From Acidimicrobiia bacterium (lineage in GTDB: Bacteria; Actinomycetota; Acidimicrobiia; IMCC26256; PALSA-555): 61,985 nt of DNA. The DNA lies in NCBI GenBank assembly GCA_038321755.1, contig JBBQFJ010000002.1, positions 1 to 61,985 on the forward strand, written 5' to 3'. The notes beneath the pieces are model-generated. The model was not told where the DNA came from, did no database searches, and worked only from the letters and a program-made list of their open reading frames with translations. This document shows, piece by piece, positions 1 to 8,342 of the stretch; position 1 is the first letter of the stretch; each line of letters begins with the position of its first letter. A program made the position numbers and the translations under genes.

Positions 1-1439
1 CGCGCGTCGCCAAGCGTGAGCCCGGCATGAACGCGGTCGAGGTGCTCACGTCGGAGAGTCAGGAGCGGATGCTCGCGATCATCGAGCCGGCGAACCTCGA
101 CCGCGTCCTCGCACTCGCGGCGCGCTGGGAGGTGCGCGCGACTGTCGTGGGACGTGTGACCGACACCGGCCGCTTCCGGGTCTTCGACGGCCTGTTCGAC
201 GCGATCGGTGTCCCGGGCGTGAATCCGGACCCACCCCACGGCGACACCCCGTCCGAGCTGTCGTCGGACCGCGTGCCCGATGCCGACATCCCGTGCGAAT
301 CCCTCGGGGACGGGCCCGTGTACCACCGTCCAGTAGCTCGACCGTCCGGCCAGGACGCACTCGTGGCCGCCGACCCCGCGCCGGCGCTGCTCGGTCGATT
401 CCCGGACGGGTCCGATCTCTCCGGCGAGCTGCTCGCGCTGCTCGGGACCCCCACGATCGCGGACAAGTCGTGGGTCTGGCACCAGTATGACCACCAGCTG
501 TTCCTGAACACCGTCGTGGGACCCGGGGGCGACGCGACGGTGCTGCGGCTCCCCGGGACAGCGCGCGCGCTCGCGCTCGCGACCGATGGCAAGGCCCGGT
601 TCTGCCGGCTCGATCCCCACACCGGCGCACGCCTCGTCGTGCTGGAGGCGGCGCGCAACGTGGCCTGTGCCGGGGCCGATCCCCGCGCCCTCGTCAACTG
701 TCTCAACTTCGGGAACCCGGAGCATCCCGAGGTGATGTGGCAGTTCGCGGAGACGGTCGACGGCATGAGCGAGGCCTGCCGAGCGCTCGGGATCCCGGTC
801 GTCGGGGGGAACGTGAGCTTCTACAACGAGTCGCGCGGCGCCGACATCGACCCGACCCCGGTGGTCGGCGTCGTCGGTCTCATCGACGAGCTGACCGATG
901 TGCCTCCGGGGATCGCGCTCGCGCCGGGTCACGACCTCGTGACGTTGGGCGCGACCCGGGTGGAGCTTGGTGGTTCGGAGTGGGCCTTCACCGTGCACGG
1001 CCTCGACGGAGGCCCGGCGCCTGTCGCCGAGCTCGAGGCGGCGAGGGCTCTGCACACACTGGTTCGCGACCTCGTCAGCGATCGCCGGGTCGCGGCGGTG
1101 CACGACGCGTCCGACGGCGGGCTTGCGGTCACCCTCGCAGAGATGGCGATCGCCGGCGGCTGCGGGTTCGAGGTGACGGCGGAACCGGGGATCCCGACGG
1201 CTGCCTGGTGCTTCGGCGAGTCGACCTCACGCGTCGTCGTCGCGGTTGCGCCCGAGGCAAGCGACGACCTGCTCGTGCGTGCGCGCGACGCGGGGGTCCC
1301 GGCCCGCCACTGCGGAACGACGGGCGGGGACCGCCTCGTCATCACCGGATCGTGCGACGTCGCGCTGACCACCGCTGCTGCTGTGTGGCACGACGCGATC
1401 CCGGCTCGCGTGTCGGGCGACGTCCCTCAGTCGAGCTGA
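1..1439 (+). CDS. purL: phosphoribosylformylglycinamidine synthase subunit PurL, C-terminal part (5' end outside window)
   Basis: ORF 27..1439 stays open to the window edge in the same frame. PurL-like C-terminal sequence. purF and purM follow. Confidence 0.9.
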   Translation, partial: RVAKREPGMNAVEVLTSESQERMLAIIEPANLDRVLALAARWEVRATVVGRVTDTGRFRVFDGLFDAIGVPGVNPDPPHGDTPSELSSDRVPDADIPCESLGDGPVYHRPVARPSGQDALVAADPAPALLGRFPDGSDLSGELLALLGTPTIADKSWVWHQYDHQLFLNTVVGPGGDATVLRLPGTARALALATDGKARFCRLDPHTGARLVVLEAARNVACAGADPRALVNCLNFGNPEHPEVMWQFAETVDGMSEACRALGIPVVGGNVSFYNESRGADIDPTPVVGVVGLIDELTDVPPGIALAPGHDLVTLGATRVELGGSEWAFTVHGLDGGPAPVAELEAARALHTLVRDLVSDRRVAAVHDASDGGLAVTLAEMAIAGGCGFEVTAEPGIPTAAWCFGESTSRVVVAVAPEASDDLLVRARDAGVPARHCGTTGGDRLVITGSCDVALTTAAAVWHDAIPARVSGDVPQSS

Positions 1440-1470
1440 CGTCGGCGGAACACCAGTTCGGCGGGCGCGC

Positions 1471-1944
1471 TCAGCGCTCGGAGGGATGCACCGGATCGTG
1501 CGGGACGACGCCGCGATCTTCGAGGAACGAGAGCACCTGTGCCGTCGACGCGGCGATGTCGCGCCCGTGGGTGGGGACGCGCAGGTCCGGAGCGTAGGGG
1601 GCTTCGTAGTCGTCGTCGGCGCGCCCGGCGCGCGCCGCGCAGACGTCCGGCGGCGCGTCGAGGAACACTTCGAGGAACCCCGGGACCAGCTCGCGGAGGA
1701 GCTCCCGGTCGTCCCGTGCTCCGACCGGCACGGCGACGATCGTCGGGACGCCGTTGCTCGTGAGGAGGGAGCAGCACCACGCGAGCGCATCGGGTCCCTC
1801 GACGAGCCGGGCCGTGATCGAGCTCTGCTCGAGGAGGACGGCGGGCCCGCCGCGCCCGTGCAGCTCCGCCACGATCGCGGCGCCGATCGCGCGCTTGCCC
1901 GCACCGGCTCGACCGGTGAGCCATACGCACGCCGCGGCCGTCAC
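1471..1944 (-). CDS. P-loop kinase, adenylylsulfate-kinase-like
   Basis: 157-aa ORF with a Walker A motif (GRAGAGKR) near the N-terminus and the size and layout of APS kinase. The LDGD motif is not conserved. Confidence 0.5.
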   Translation of the reverse strand: MTAAACVWLTGRAGAGKRAIGAAIVAELHGRGGPAVLLEQSSITARLVEGPDALAWCCSLLTSNGVPTIVAVPVGARDDRELLRELVPGFLEVFLDAPPDVCAARAGRADDDYEAPYAPDLRVPTHGRDIAASTAQVLSFLEDRGVVPHDPVHPSER

Positions 1945-2005
1945 GCCCCCGAACCTACGTGCCGTGTCGGTGCCACGCGGCCAGAAATGAGATACTGATG
2001 GGGCG

Positions 2006-3496
2006 ATGGAGCCCCAGATCGGCCATGCGTGTGGCGTCTTCGGCGTCTACGCCCCCGGACAGCCGGTGGCCAATCTGGCGTACCTGGGTTTGTACGCCCT
2101 CCAGCATCGCGGTCAGGAGTCCGCCGGGATCGCGGTGAGCGACGGCGAGACGATCACCGTGGTCAAGGACATGGGCCTCGTCACGCAGGTGTTCGACGAG
2201 CGCCGCCTCGCGCCGCTGACCGGACATCTCGCCATCGGCCACAACCGATACTCCACGACTGGTTCGAGCACGTGGCGCAACGCGCAGCCCGTCTACCGTT
2301 CGGTCGGCGGTGACGCCGGCTTCGCGCTCGGCCACAACGGCAACCTGACCAACACGATGGAGCTCGCGGAGTCGCTCGGGATGCTGCCCGGTCTCTCGGT
2401 CCAACCGACTGAGGTCGACTCCACGACCGACTCCGCCCTGATCGCCGAGCTCGTCGCGAACGAGTACCCGTCCGAGCCGCGCTCGGATGGTCGCGACCTC
2501 GAGATCGCGCTCGAGCGGGTGCTTCCTCGCCTCGTCGGTGGGTTCTCGCTCGTGCTCATGGACGACGCGCGGCTCATCGGCGTGCGCGATCGTCACGGCT
2601 TCTGGCCGCTCGTCCTCGGTCGTGTCGAAGGTGGGTGGGTGCTCGCGAGCGAGACGGCAGCGCTCGACATCGTCGGCGCGCACTTCGTGCGTGAGGTCGA
2701 GCCGGGCGAGATGATCGTCATCGACGCGACCGGGGTGCGTGAGCACCGGTTCGCCGAACCCGACCCGAACCTCTGCCTCTTCGAGTTCGTCTACTTCGCC
2801 AGACCCGACACCTACCTCTTCGGCCGCAGCGTGCACGCGGCGCGTCAGCGGATGGGGGAGGAGCTCGCGAAGCAGGCGCCGGTCGACGCCGACATGGTCA
2901 TGCCCGTCCCGGAGTCCGGCATCCCGGCGGCCCAGGGCTACGCGCGCGGCGCGGGGATCCCGTACGGCGACGGGCTCGTGAAGAACCGCTACGTCGGCCG
3001 GACCTTCATCCAACCGAGTCAGCAGCTGCGGGCGGGCAGTGTGCGGCTCAAGCTCAACCCGCTCCCCGAGAACATCCGCGGCAAGCGGCTCGTTGTGGTC
3101 GACGACTCGATCGTCCGGGGGACGACGACGCGCCAGGTCGTGGCGATGCTGCGCGAGGCCGGAGCCGCCGAGGTGCACTTCCGTGTGTCCTCGCCGCCGT
3201 ACCGCTGGCCCTGCTACTACGGCATGGACACCGGCCGCCGATCTGAGCTCCTCGCCGCCGACCTGTCGGTCGGGGAGATCGCCGACTTCCTCAAGGTCGA
3301 CTCGCTCGCCTATCTCGATCTCGATCGCCTCGTGCGCGCAACCGGCGTCGCGGGGGGATCGTTCTGCACGGCCTGCCTCTCCGGGCACTACCCGGTGCCG
3401 GTGCCCGAGCTCGCCGACTCAAAGCTCGCACTCGAGCAGGAGGACACCGGGCTCGCCGTGTCCCTCGCGATGACTGCCGACCCGGATCGCGCGTGA
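2006..3496 (+). CDS. purF: amidophosphoribosyltransferase
   Basis: N-terminal ...HACGVFGV Ntn-amidotransferase cysteine, a PRTase motif (VVVDDSIVRGTT) and C-terminal Cys residues. Confidence 0.95.
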   Translation: MEPQIGHACGVFGVYAPGQPVANLAYLGLYALQHRGQESAGIAVSDGETITVVKDMGLVTQVFDERRLAPLTGHLAIGHNRYSTTGSSTWRNAQPVYRSVGGDAGFALGHNGNLTNTMELAESLGMLPGLSVQPTEVDSTTDSALIAELVANEYPSEPRSDGRDLEIALERVLPRLVGGFSLVLMDDARLIGVRDRHGFWPLVLGRVEGGWVLASETAALDIVGAHFVREVEPGEMIVIDATGVREHRFAEPDPNLCLFEFVYFARPDTYLFGRSVHAARQRMGEELAKQAPVDADMVMPVPESGIPAAQGYARGAGIPYGDGLVKNRYVGRTFIQPSQQLRAGSVRLKLNPLPENIRGKRLVVVDDSIVRGTTTRQVVAMLREAGAAEVHFRVSSPPYRWPCYYGMDTGRRSELLAADLSVGEIADFLKVDSLAYLDLDRLVRATGVAGGSFCTACLSGHYPVPVPELADSKLALEQEDTGLAVSLAMTADPDRA

Positions 3497-4590
3497 GTCC
3501 GACGCGCGGACGTGGTGCGGGGAGGCGCAGCAGCGCAGCGCCGGAGGCTGCAACCGCCGACCGTCTGACGTATGCCGGCGCGGGCGTCGACATCGCGGCG
3601 GGCGAGAAGGCGGTCGAGCTCATCAAGTCGCACGTCCGCTCGACGTTTCGTCCCGAGGTGGTCGGCGACATCGGGGGATTCGGCGGGCTGTTCTCGCTCG
3701 GTCGCCTCGACTACCGGGAACCGCTCCTCGTGGCGTCCACCGACGGCGTCGGCACCAAGTCGTTGATCGCCGGGCAGCTCGGGCGCTTCGAGACGATCGG
3801 TCTCGATGTGGTCGCGATGTGCGTCGACGACATCGCGACGTGCGGTGCCGAGCCGCTCTTCTTCCTCGACTACATCTCCGTGGGCAAGCTCGTCCCCGAT
3901 CACATCGACCAGATCGTGTCCGGTGTCGCCGCCGGCTGCCGCGAAGCGGGTTGTGCGCTCCTCGGTGGCGAGATGTCCGAGCACCCCGGAGTGATGGACC
4001 AGGGCGAGTTCGACCTCGTGGGCTTCGCGGTCGGGGTCGTCGAGCGCTCCACGATCCTTCCCAGCGGCGTGGAGCCAGGTGACTGCCTGATCGGCCTGGC
4101 GAGTCCAGGCCTGCGCTCCAACGGGTACTCGCTCGCCCGCAATGCGTTCGATCGCGCGGGGCGGGCGCTCGACGCGCCCGCGTGGCGCGGCGCGCGGCAC
4201 TCGCTCGGCGCCGAGCTGTTGCGCCCGAGCGTGATCTACGCGCCGGCGTTGGCGCACCTGCGCAAGCACGTCGAGGTCCACGCGTTCGCGCACATCACGG
4301 GTGGCGGGATCCCGGGCAACCTCGTGCGCGCCCTGCCCGACGATTGCGACGCGATCGTGCACCGGGGCCGATGGGAGGAGCCGCGCATCTTCTCGGTGAT
4401 CCAGGCCGCCGGGGATGTCACCGACGAAGAGATGGAGAGCGTCTTCAACCTCGGCATCGGCATGATCGGGATCGTCCCCGCGAGCGAGGCACACCGCGCG
4501 CTCGACGGCATCCGAGCCGCGGGACACGAGGCGTGGCAGATCGGCGAGGTGGTCGAGGGACACGGCCGCGTGCACGTCTCGCGCTCGTGA
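3493..4590 (+). CDS. purM: phosphoribosylformylglycinamidine cyclo-ligase (AIR synthetase)
   Basis: PurM-like sequence (DGVGTK, GGEMSEHPG). GTGA overlap with the purF stop. Confidence 0.95.
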   Translation: MSPTRGRGAGRRSSAAPEAATADRLTYAGAGVDIAAGEKAVELIKSHVRSTFRPEVVGDIGGFGGLFSLGRLDYREPLLVASTDGVGTKSLIAGQLGRFETIGLDVVAMCVDDIATCGAEPLFFLDYISVGKLVPDHIDQIVSGVAAGCREAGCALLGGEMSEHPGVMDQGEFDLVGFAVGVVERSTILPSGVEPGDCLIGLASPGLRSNGYSLARNAFDRAGRALDAPAWRGARHSLGAELLRPSVIYAPALAHLRKHVEVHAFAHITGGGIPGNLVRALPDDCDAIVHRGRWEEPRIFSVIQAAGDVTDEEMESVFNLGIGMIGIVPASEAHRALDGIRAAGHEAWQIGEVVEGHGRVHVSRS

Positions 4591-4814
4591 GCGCACCCGG
4601 CGATGATCCAAGGGATGAGCCCAGGAATGAGGACGACGAGCTCCTCACGCCGGCCGAGGTCGCCAAGATGTTCCGCGTCGACCCGAAGACCGTGACCCGG
4701 TGGCATCAGGCGGGGAAGATCTCGGCCATCCGGACGCTCGGCGGCCACCGACGCTTCTACGCGAGTGAGGTCCGGCGGTTGCTCAGCGAGGACGGGCCGC
4801 GCCCGGGCGAGTGA
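4587..4814 (+). CDS. bldC: BldC-type MerR/excisionase-family small DNA-binding protein
   Basis: LLTPAEVAKMFRVDPKTVTRWHQAGKISAIRTLGGHRRF matches the BldC HTH. In-frame GTG at 4587 overlaps the purM stop (GTGA). The longer ORF from 4182 lies inside purM. Confidence 0.8.
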   Translation: MSAPGDDPRDEPRNEDDELLTPAEVAKMFRVDPKTVTRWHQAGKISAIRTLGGHRRFYASEVRRLLSEDGPRPGE

Positions 4815-4853
4815 GCCGGAACGCGGCGTCTTGCTCTCGGATGCTGCGATCGG

Positions 4854-4926
4854 TGGCCGGGACCGGCGTCGATCCGGTGACCTCGCGCTTTTCAGGCGCG
4901 CGCTCTTCCAACTGAGCTACCCGGCC
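4854..4926 (-). tRNA. tRNA-Phe (GAA)
   Basis: Reverse complement reads GGCCGGGTAGCTCAGTTGGAAGAGCGCGCGCCTGAAAAGCGCGAGGTCACCGGATCGACGCCGGTCCCGGCCA. Cloverleaf folds with anticodon loop CT-GAA-AA. Confidence 0.9.
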
Positions 4927-4958
4927 GGGCGTGGGCGGCGACCAGGTCGTCACCCGAG

Positions 4959-5033
4959 CGGTCCTGACGGGATTTGAACCCGCGGCCTCCGCCTTGACAG
5001 GGCGGCGTGCACTCCAAACTGCACCACAGGACC
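4959..5033 (-). tRNA. tRNA-Asp (GTC)
   Basis: Reverse complement reads GGTCCTGTGGTGCAG...CCTGTCAAGG...GGTTCAAATCCCGTCAGGACCG. Anticodon loop is CT-GTC-AA. Confidence 0.9.
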
Positions 5034-5038
5034 TAGAT

Positions 5039-5113
5039 GCAACGGCTTGCGCCGTCGATTTGTGCAACGGCTCGCGCCGTCGATTTGTGCAACGGCTCGC
5101 GCCGTCGATCTGT
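5039..5113. repeat. 25-bp tandem repeat x3 in the tRNA-Glu/tRNA-Asp spacer
   Basis: GCAACGGCT(T/C)GCGCCGTCGAT(T/C)TGT at 5039-5063, 5064-5088 and 5089-5113. Each unit holds a small hairpin (ACGGC..GCCGT). Confidence 0.95.
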
Positions 5114-5141
5114 CCGCAGCGGACGGACCCGCCACCTCTCG

Positions 5142-5214
5142 TGCCCCCAGGGGAGTTCGAATCCCCGTTTCCGCCTTGAAAGGGCGGCGTCCTAGGCCAC
5201 TGGACGATGGGGGC
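5142..5214 (-). tRNA. tRNA-Glu (TTC)
   Basis: Reverse complement reads GCCCCCATCGTCCAGTGGCCTAGGACGCCGCCCTTTCAAGGCGG...GATTCGAACTCCCCTGGGGGCA. Anticodon loop is CT-TTC-AA. Confidence 0.9.
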
Positions 5215-5368
5215 TGGTCGTTCCCCCATGCGGGGAGCGACTCATCGTAGCAAGGGACCCTTCCGAGCGACCGGCCCAAGCGTGTAAGCGGCATGATGCC
5301 CGATCCGTCAGTTCCGTGCGCAGCGCCGCTCGGCGTTGCTCGTCAATTGACCCGGGAGGGCCACCACC

Positions 5369-5824
5369 ATGCGACGCTTCACGAAGCCGGCCGCGACGAC
5401 CTTGTTCGTCGTCGCACTGCTCGGCACCACGTTGGGAGTCACCGTCGGCACCGCGTCGGCCAGCGCCCCGGCCGCCAGCAAGGCCGCGTACTGCAAGGCC
5501 GTGCTGAAGGTCGGCACGGATGTCACGCCGTCGTCGAGCACCACCGTCGACAAGGCGTCGGCGAAGAGCTTCCAGAAGGCGTTCACCAAGCTGGCCAAGC
5601 TCGCGCCGACGAGTGCGATCAAGAAGCAGAACCTCACGATCGCCGCGTATTACGGAAAGCTCGCGAACGGTGACACGCCCGCGGACATCGGCTCCAAGGA
5701 AGCCGAGGCCTTCGGCAAGGCGTTCGCCAAGTTCGGCCTGTACGCCGCGACGAAGTGCATCTCGGCCGCGATCCCCGACATCACGCTTCCGGGTGGTGGG
5801 AAGGTCGAGATCCCCGGAGGCTGA
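5369..5824 (+). CDS. secreted Lys/Ala-rich hypothetical protein
   Basis: 151-aa ORF with strong GC3 bias. N-terminal signal peptide (MRRFTKPAATTLFVVALLGTTLGVTVGTASA). No recognisable domain. Confidence 0.6.
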   Translation: MRRFTKPAATTLFVVALLGTTLGVTVGTASASAPAASKAAYCKAVLKVGTDVTPSSSTTVDKASAKSFQKAFTKLAKLAPTSAIKKQNLTIAAYYGKLANGDTPADIGSKEAEAFGKAFAKFGLYAATKCISAAIPDITLPGGGKVEIPGG

Positions 5825-5872
5825 TCGTCCGGTCGACCCCGGGGCCTGATCTCCAGGCCCGATCTGGGCACC

Positions 5873-5902
5873 GGCCCGCTCGCAGCTCGCTGCGGGCGGG
5901 CC
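5873..5902. terminator. GC-rich hairpin between convergent genes
   Basis: GGCCCGCTCGCAG-CTCG-CTGCGGGCGGGCC forms a 13-bp stem with one G.T pair. It lies between the 5824 stop (+) and the 5958 stop (-). Confidence 0.5.
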
Positions 5903-5957
5903 GCGCCCGTTCGGCACTGAACGGTTCGAAGAAGTGGGCCGGTTCGAAGCGGGGCGT

Positions 5958-6731
5958 TCAGCGATGGGCGTGCACGATGGCGCGACCGTGGCGGTAGGAG
6001 TGCCGCGGGCGACCAGGTCGGATCCGGGATCCGACGGCGTTGCGGAGACGTTGGACGCGTGGCGTCACGTGCACCACCTCGCAGTTCGAGAATCCGACTG
6101 CACGGAGCATCCCGAGGAGGGCGGGAAGGTTCGGACCCCAGAAGTTCGTTGCGTCCCCGTACAGCTCGTCGCCCGGATAGAACGCCGCGGCGGCACGGGA
6201 GGTGTCGAGGAGATCCACGTGGGTCTCGAGCACGAGGCTCGCGCTCGAGACGCTCGCGACGTGCTCGAGCGCGAGCAACGGGTCGCGCACGTGGTACAGG
6301 ACTCCGAGGAAGAGCACGAGGTCATAGGGCCCTCCTGCGGTCTCGGGAGCCAGGTCGAGCACGTCGAGCTCGAGCGGCTCGACCGATGATCCGAGCGCGC
6401 GCCGGGCGCAGTCGAACCCACGACGACCGGTGCCGAGGCGCTGCCAGGCGAACTGGTCGCACGCCACAACCCGCTCGGCGCCGCGTTGCTCACACGCGAA
6501 CGAGTAGAAGCCATCCCAGGCACCGATGTCGAGCACCGACTGCCCGGCGAGCGACTGGGGCAGGGCGAGCAACGGCAGACGTGCCGGCGTCTCGTCGCGG
6601 CCGGGGGTGACGATGCCGTGACCGAGATCGATGGTGTGCCACCACTCGATGTCCTCGACCTCGTCGCGCAGCGCGTCGAGGTCGGCGGGTCCGAGTGGTG
6701 CGCCGGCGTTCCGCTCGTCGCTCGGGCTCAA
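5958..6731 (-). CDS. class I SAM-dependent methyltransferase
   Basis: VLDIGAWDGFYSF SAM-binding motif, DLVLFLGVLYHVRDP and WWHTIDLGHGIVTPG. Start chosen at TTG 6731 (TTGA overlap with the upstream stop). The ORF could extend to 6827. Confidence 0.7.
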   Translation of the reverse strand: MSPSDERNAGAPLGPADLDALRDEVEDIEWWHTIDLGHGIVTPGRDETPARLPLLALPQSLAGQSVLDIGAWDGFYSFACEQRGAERVVACDQFAWQRLGTGRRGFDCARRALGSSVEPLELDVLDLAPETAGGPYDLVLFLGVLYHVRDPLLALEHVASVSSASLVLETHVDLLDTSRAAAAFYPGDELYGDATNFWGPNLPALLGMLRAVGFSNCEVVHVTPRVQRLRNAVGSRIRPGRPRHSYRHGRAIVHAHR

Positions 6732-7390
6732 TTGCTCGCGCACGCCTTCTGGTAGATCGCGGCCGGCACGCTGCCGTTGTCGCAGTAGACGGCCTGGTCG
6801 ACCACCTGCCACGTGGTGCCGTTCCAACGCATCAGGACCGTCACCGGCGCGCCGGCAGGGGCCGACGCGCTCGTGACCGTGGGCTGGGCCACCGCCCAGG
6901 TGATCGCGCAGTTGAACGCGTTGAGCTTCACGAGCGTCTCACCGGCGAGCAGGCTCGCAGTGACCACGGGCCGGAGCGCAGCATCGGTGCACGGCGGTGT
7001 GCCCGGAGCCGGCGTCGGAGGCGCGGGCGGCGGGGGGCCGACCGGGCAGCGCGGGCTGCCGGTGGCTGCGGCGTTGCTCAGCGCGGCGCGCGTGTTGGGC
7101 CCGACGACGCCGTCGACGGCGATCCCGGCGGCCGACTGGAAGCGCCGGATGGCGCCCAGCGTGTCGGGGCCGAGCGTCCCGTCGAGGGGCCCGGCCTCGC
7201 AGCCGAGCGTGTTGAGCTCGCGCTGCAGGTCGAGCACGTCGTTGCCGTCGGCGGCCGTCGAGCCGTTGGTGGACGCCTGTTGCGCGTTCGTGGTGGACGT
7301 CCCGCCCGTGCTGACCGAGCTGCTGTCGGCTCCGCCACACGCGGCCAGGATCATCGCGAGGACGACCACGGTGACGGCGAGCCATCGCAT
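6728..7390 (-). CDS. lipoprotein with peptidoglycan-binding (PG_binding_1-like) domain
   Basis: MRWLAVTVVVLAMILAAC lipobox. LGCEAGPLDGTLGPDTLGAIRRFQSAAGIAVDGVVGPNT matches the PG-binding repeat. An alternative start at 7438 would add a TETPT repeat. Confidence 0.7.
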   Translation of the reverse strand: MRWLAVTVVVLAMILAACGGADSSSVSTGGTSTTNAQQASTNGSTAADGNDVLDLQRELNTLGCEAGPLDGTLGPDTLGAIRRFQSAAGIAVDGVVGPNTRAALSNAAATGSPRCPVGPPPPAPPTPAPGTPPCTDAALRPVVTASLLAGETLVKLNAFNCAITWAVAQPTVTSASAPAGAPVTVLMRWNGTTWQVVDQAVYCDNGSVPAAIYQKACASN

Positions 7391-7400
7391 GCGAGTCCAA

Positions 7401-7430
7401 GTCGTCGGAGTCTCGGTCGTCGGAGTCTCG
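7401..7430. repeat. 15-bp tandem duplication x2
   Basis: GTCGTCGGAGTCTCG occurs twice in a row, immediately 5' of the likely lipoprotein start codon. Confidence 0.9.
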
Positions 7431-7488
7431 TGAGTCATCGGCGTCCTCTCCCGGGCGTGTCGGCGTCGGACACTACCGTCATGGCGTC

Positions 7489-7561
7489 GGGTCGCTAGCT
7501 CAACCGGCAGAGCAACGGGCTTTTAACCCGGAGGTTCAGGGTTCGATCCCCTGGCGACCCA
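7489..7561 (+). tRNA. tRNA-Lys (TTT)
   Basis: GGGTCGCTAGCTCAACCGGCAGAGCAACGGGCTTTTAACCCGGAGGTTCAGGGTTCGATCCCCTGGCGACCCA. Anticodon loop is CT-TTT-AA. Confidence 0.9.
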
Positions 7562-7588
7562 CCCAACCGGCCGAGGAACGGGAACGCG

Positions 7589-8266
7589 TCACCCGGTCGC
7601 GGCGCGCGTCAACAAGTCGTCGTAGACGGACGGATCGTCGGCATCGACGTTCGGGAAGCCGACGCCGTACGCGCCTTCCCAGTGCATCGAGATGCCGGGG
7701 TTGTGCGCGTCGGTGCCGTCGGGCAGGAACAGATGGGGACTGCCTTTGACGTCGTCGAGCATCGAGCGCCGCCATTCGTCGATGACGCGTTGGCGTGCGA
7801 CGCCGCTGTCGAAGTCGGCGGTGAGCACCGCGGCGTCGACTCCGGCGCACCCGTCGGCGATCTCGAGGATCACGTGGCGCATCGAGATGCACTGCGAGTC
7901 GGCCCAGAACGCGTGTCGCAGTGCGCGATCGAGGTTCTCGGCTGCTCGGGGACTCTGCAGGCGCGCGGCGCGCACTGCTTCCAGCGGCGGGAGCATCGTG
8001 ACCGGCCACTCCCAGTCGCGGCGCTGCCAGAGCTGCCAGCCTGCTTCGGGATCGAGACCGCCCACCACCGGCAGCTCCGCTTCGAGCATCACCTTGCGGG
8101 TGCACGACTGGTTCGAGAGCTCGAGTGGGAACGCGAGGTGCTCGAACGCGACCTGGTCCACGAACCCCAGACGCTCACGGGCGCGATGCAAACGGTGGAC
8201 CGCCAGGTGCGCCCACGGGCACCCGATGTCGGACCACACCACGATGGTTCCTTGCGGGACTTCCAT
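7589..8266 (-). CDS. DsbA/FrnE-like thioredoxin-fold protein with a CPWA (monothiol) motif
   Basis: N-terminal VVWSDIGCPWAHLAV sits where DsbA/FrnE proteins carry CPWC. Codons read TGC CCG TGG GCG. Confidence 0.7.
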   Translation of the reverse strand: MEVPQGTIVVWSDIGCPWAHLAVHRLHRARERLGFVDQVAFEHLAFPLELSNQSCTRKVMLEAELPVVGGLDPEAGWQLWQRRDWEWPVTMLPPLEAVRAARLQSPRAAENLDRALRHAFWADSQCISMRHVILEIADGCAGVDAAVLTADFDSGVARQRVIDEWRRSMLDDVKGSPHLFLPDGTDAHNPGISMHWEGAYGVGFPNVDADDPSVYDDLLTRAATG

Positions 8267-8342
8267 CGATCATGAACCTACCCACTTCCTTGGCCCACCT
8301 CCTGGGCTTGCCACCCAGGACCGCTCGACGCTCGAGGAAGGG

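Noticed and set aside
1471-1944. Genuine adenylylsulfate kinase (cysC).
   Set aside because: The P-loop and size fit, but the LDGD(N/E)xR substrate motif is not conserved and there are no cysD/cysN/cysH neighbours. Kept only as 'APS-kinase-like'.
1955-4611. Long antisense ORFs (1955-3388 -, 3388-4611 -). Many similar ones occur elsewhere, for example 7692-9584 +, 8608-10083 -, 20183-21652 -, 26413-28341 -, 32272-33930 -, 34459-37161 + and 49189-50682 -.
   Set aside because: They lie opposite or out of frame to genes with clear family motifs. Their translations are Arg/Pro/Gly/Ala-rich and low-complexity, as expected for stop-poor shadow frames in very GC-rich DNA.
5039-5113. Possible CRISPR array, here and at the other tandem repeats.
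   Set aside because: The units are directly adjacent with no unique spacers, there are only 2-6 copies, and there are no cas genes. These are tandem duplications, not CRISPR.
4854-7561. Possible genomic islet bounded by tRNA loci (Phe/Asp/Glu cluster and tRNA-Lys).
   Set aside because: No integrase, excision genes or direct repeat of a tRNA 3' end. Composition and codon bias match the surrounding sequence. The BldC-like excisionase-family HTH at 4587-4814 is a chromosomal regulator type, not a phage Xis.
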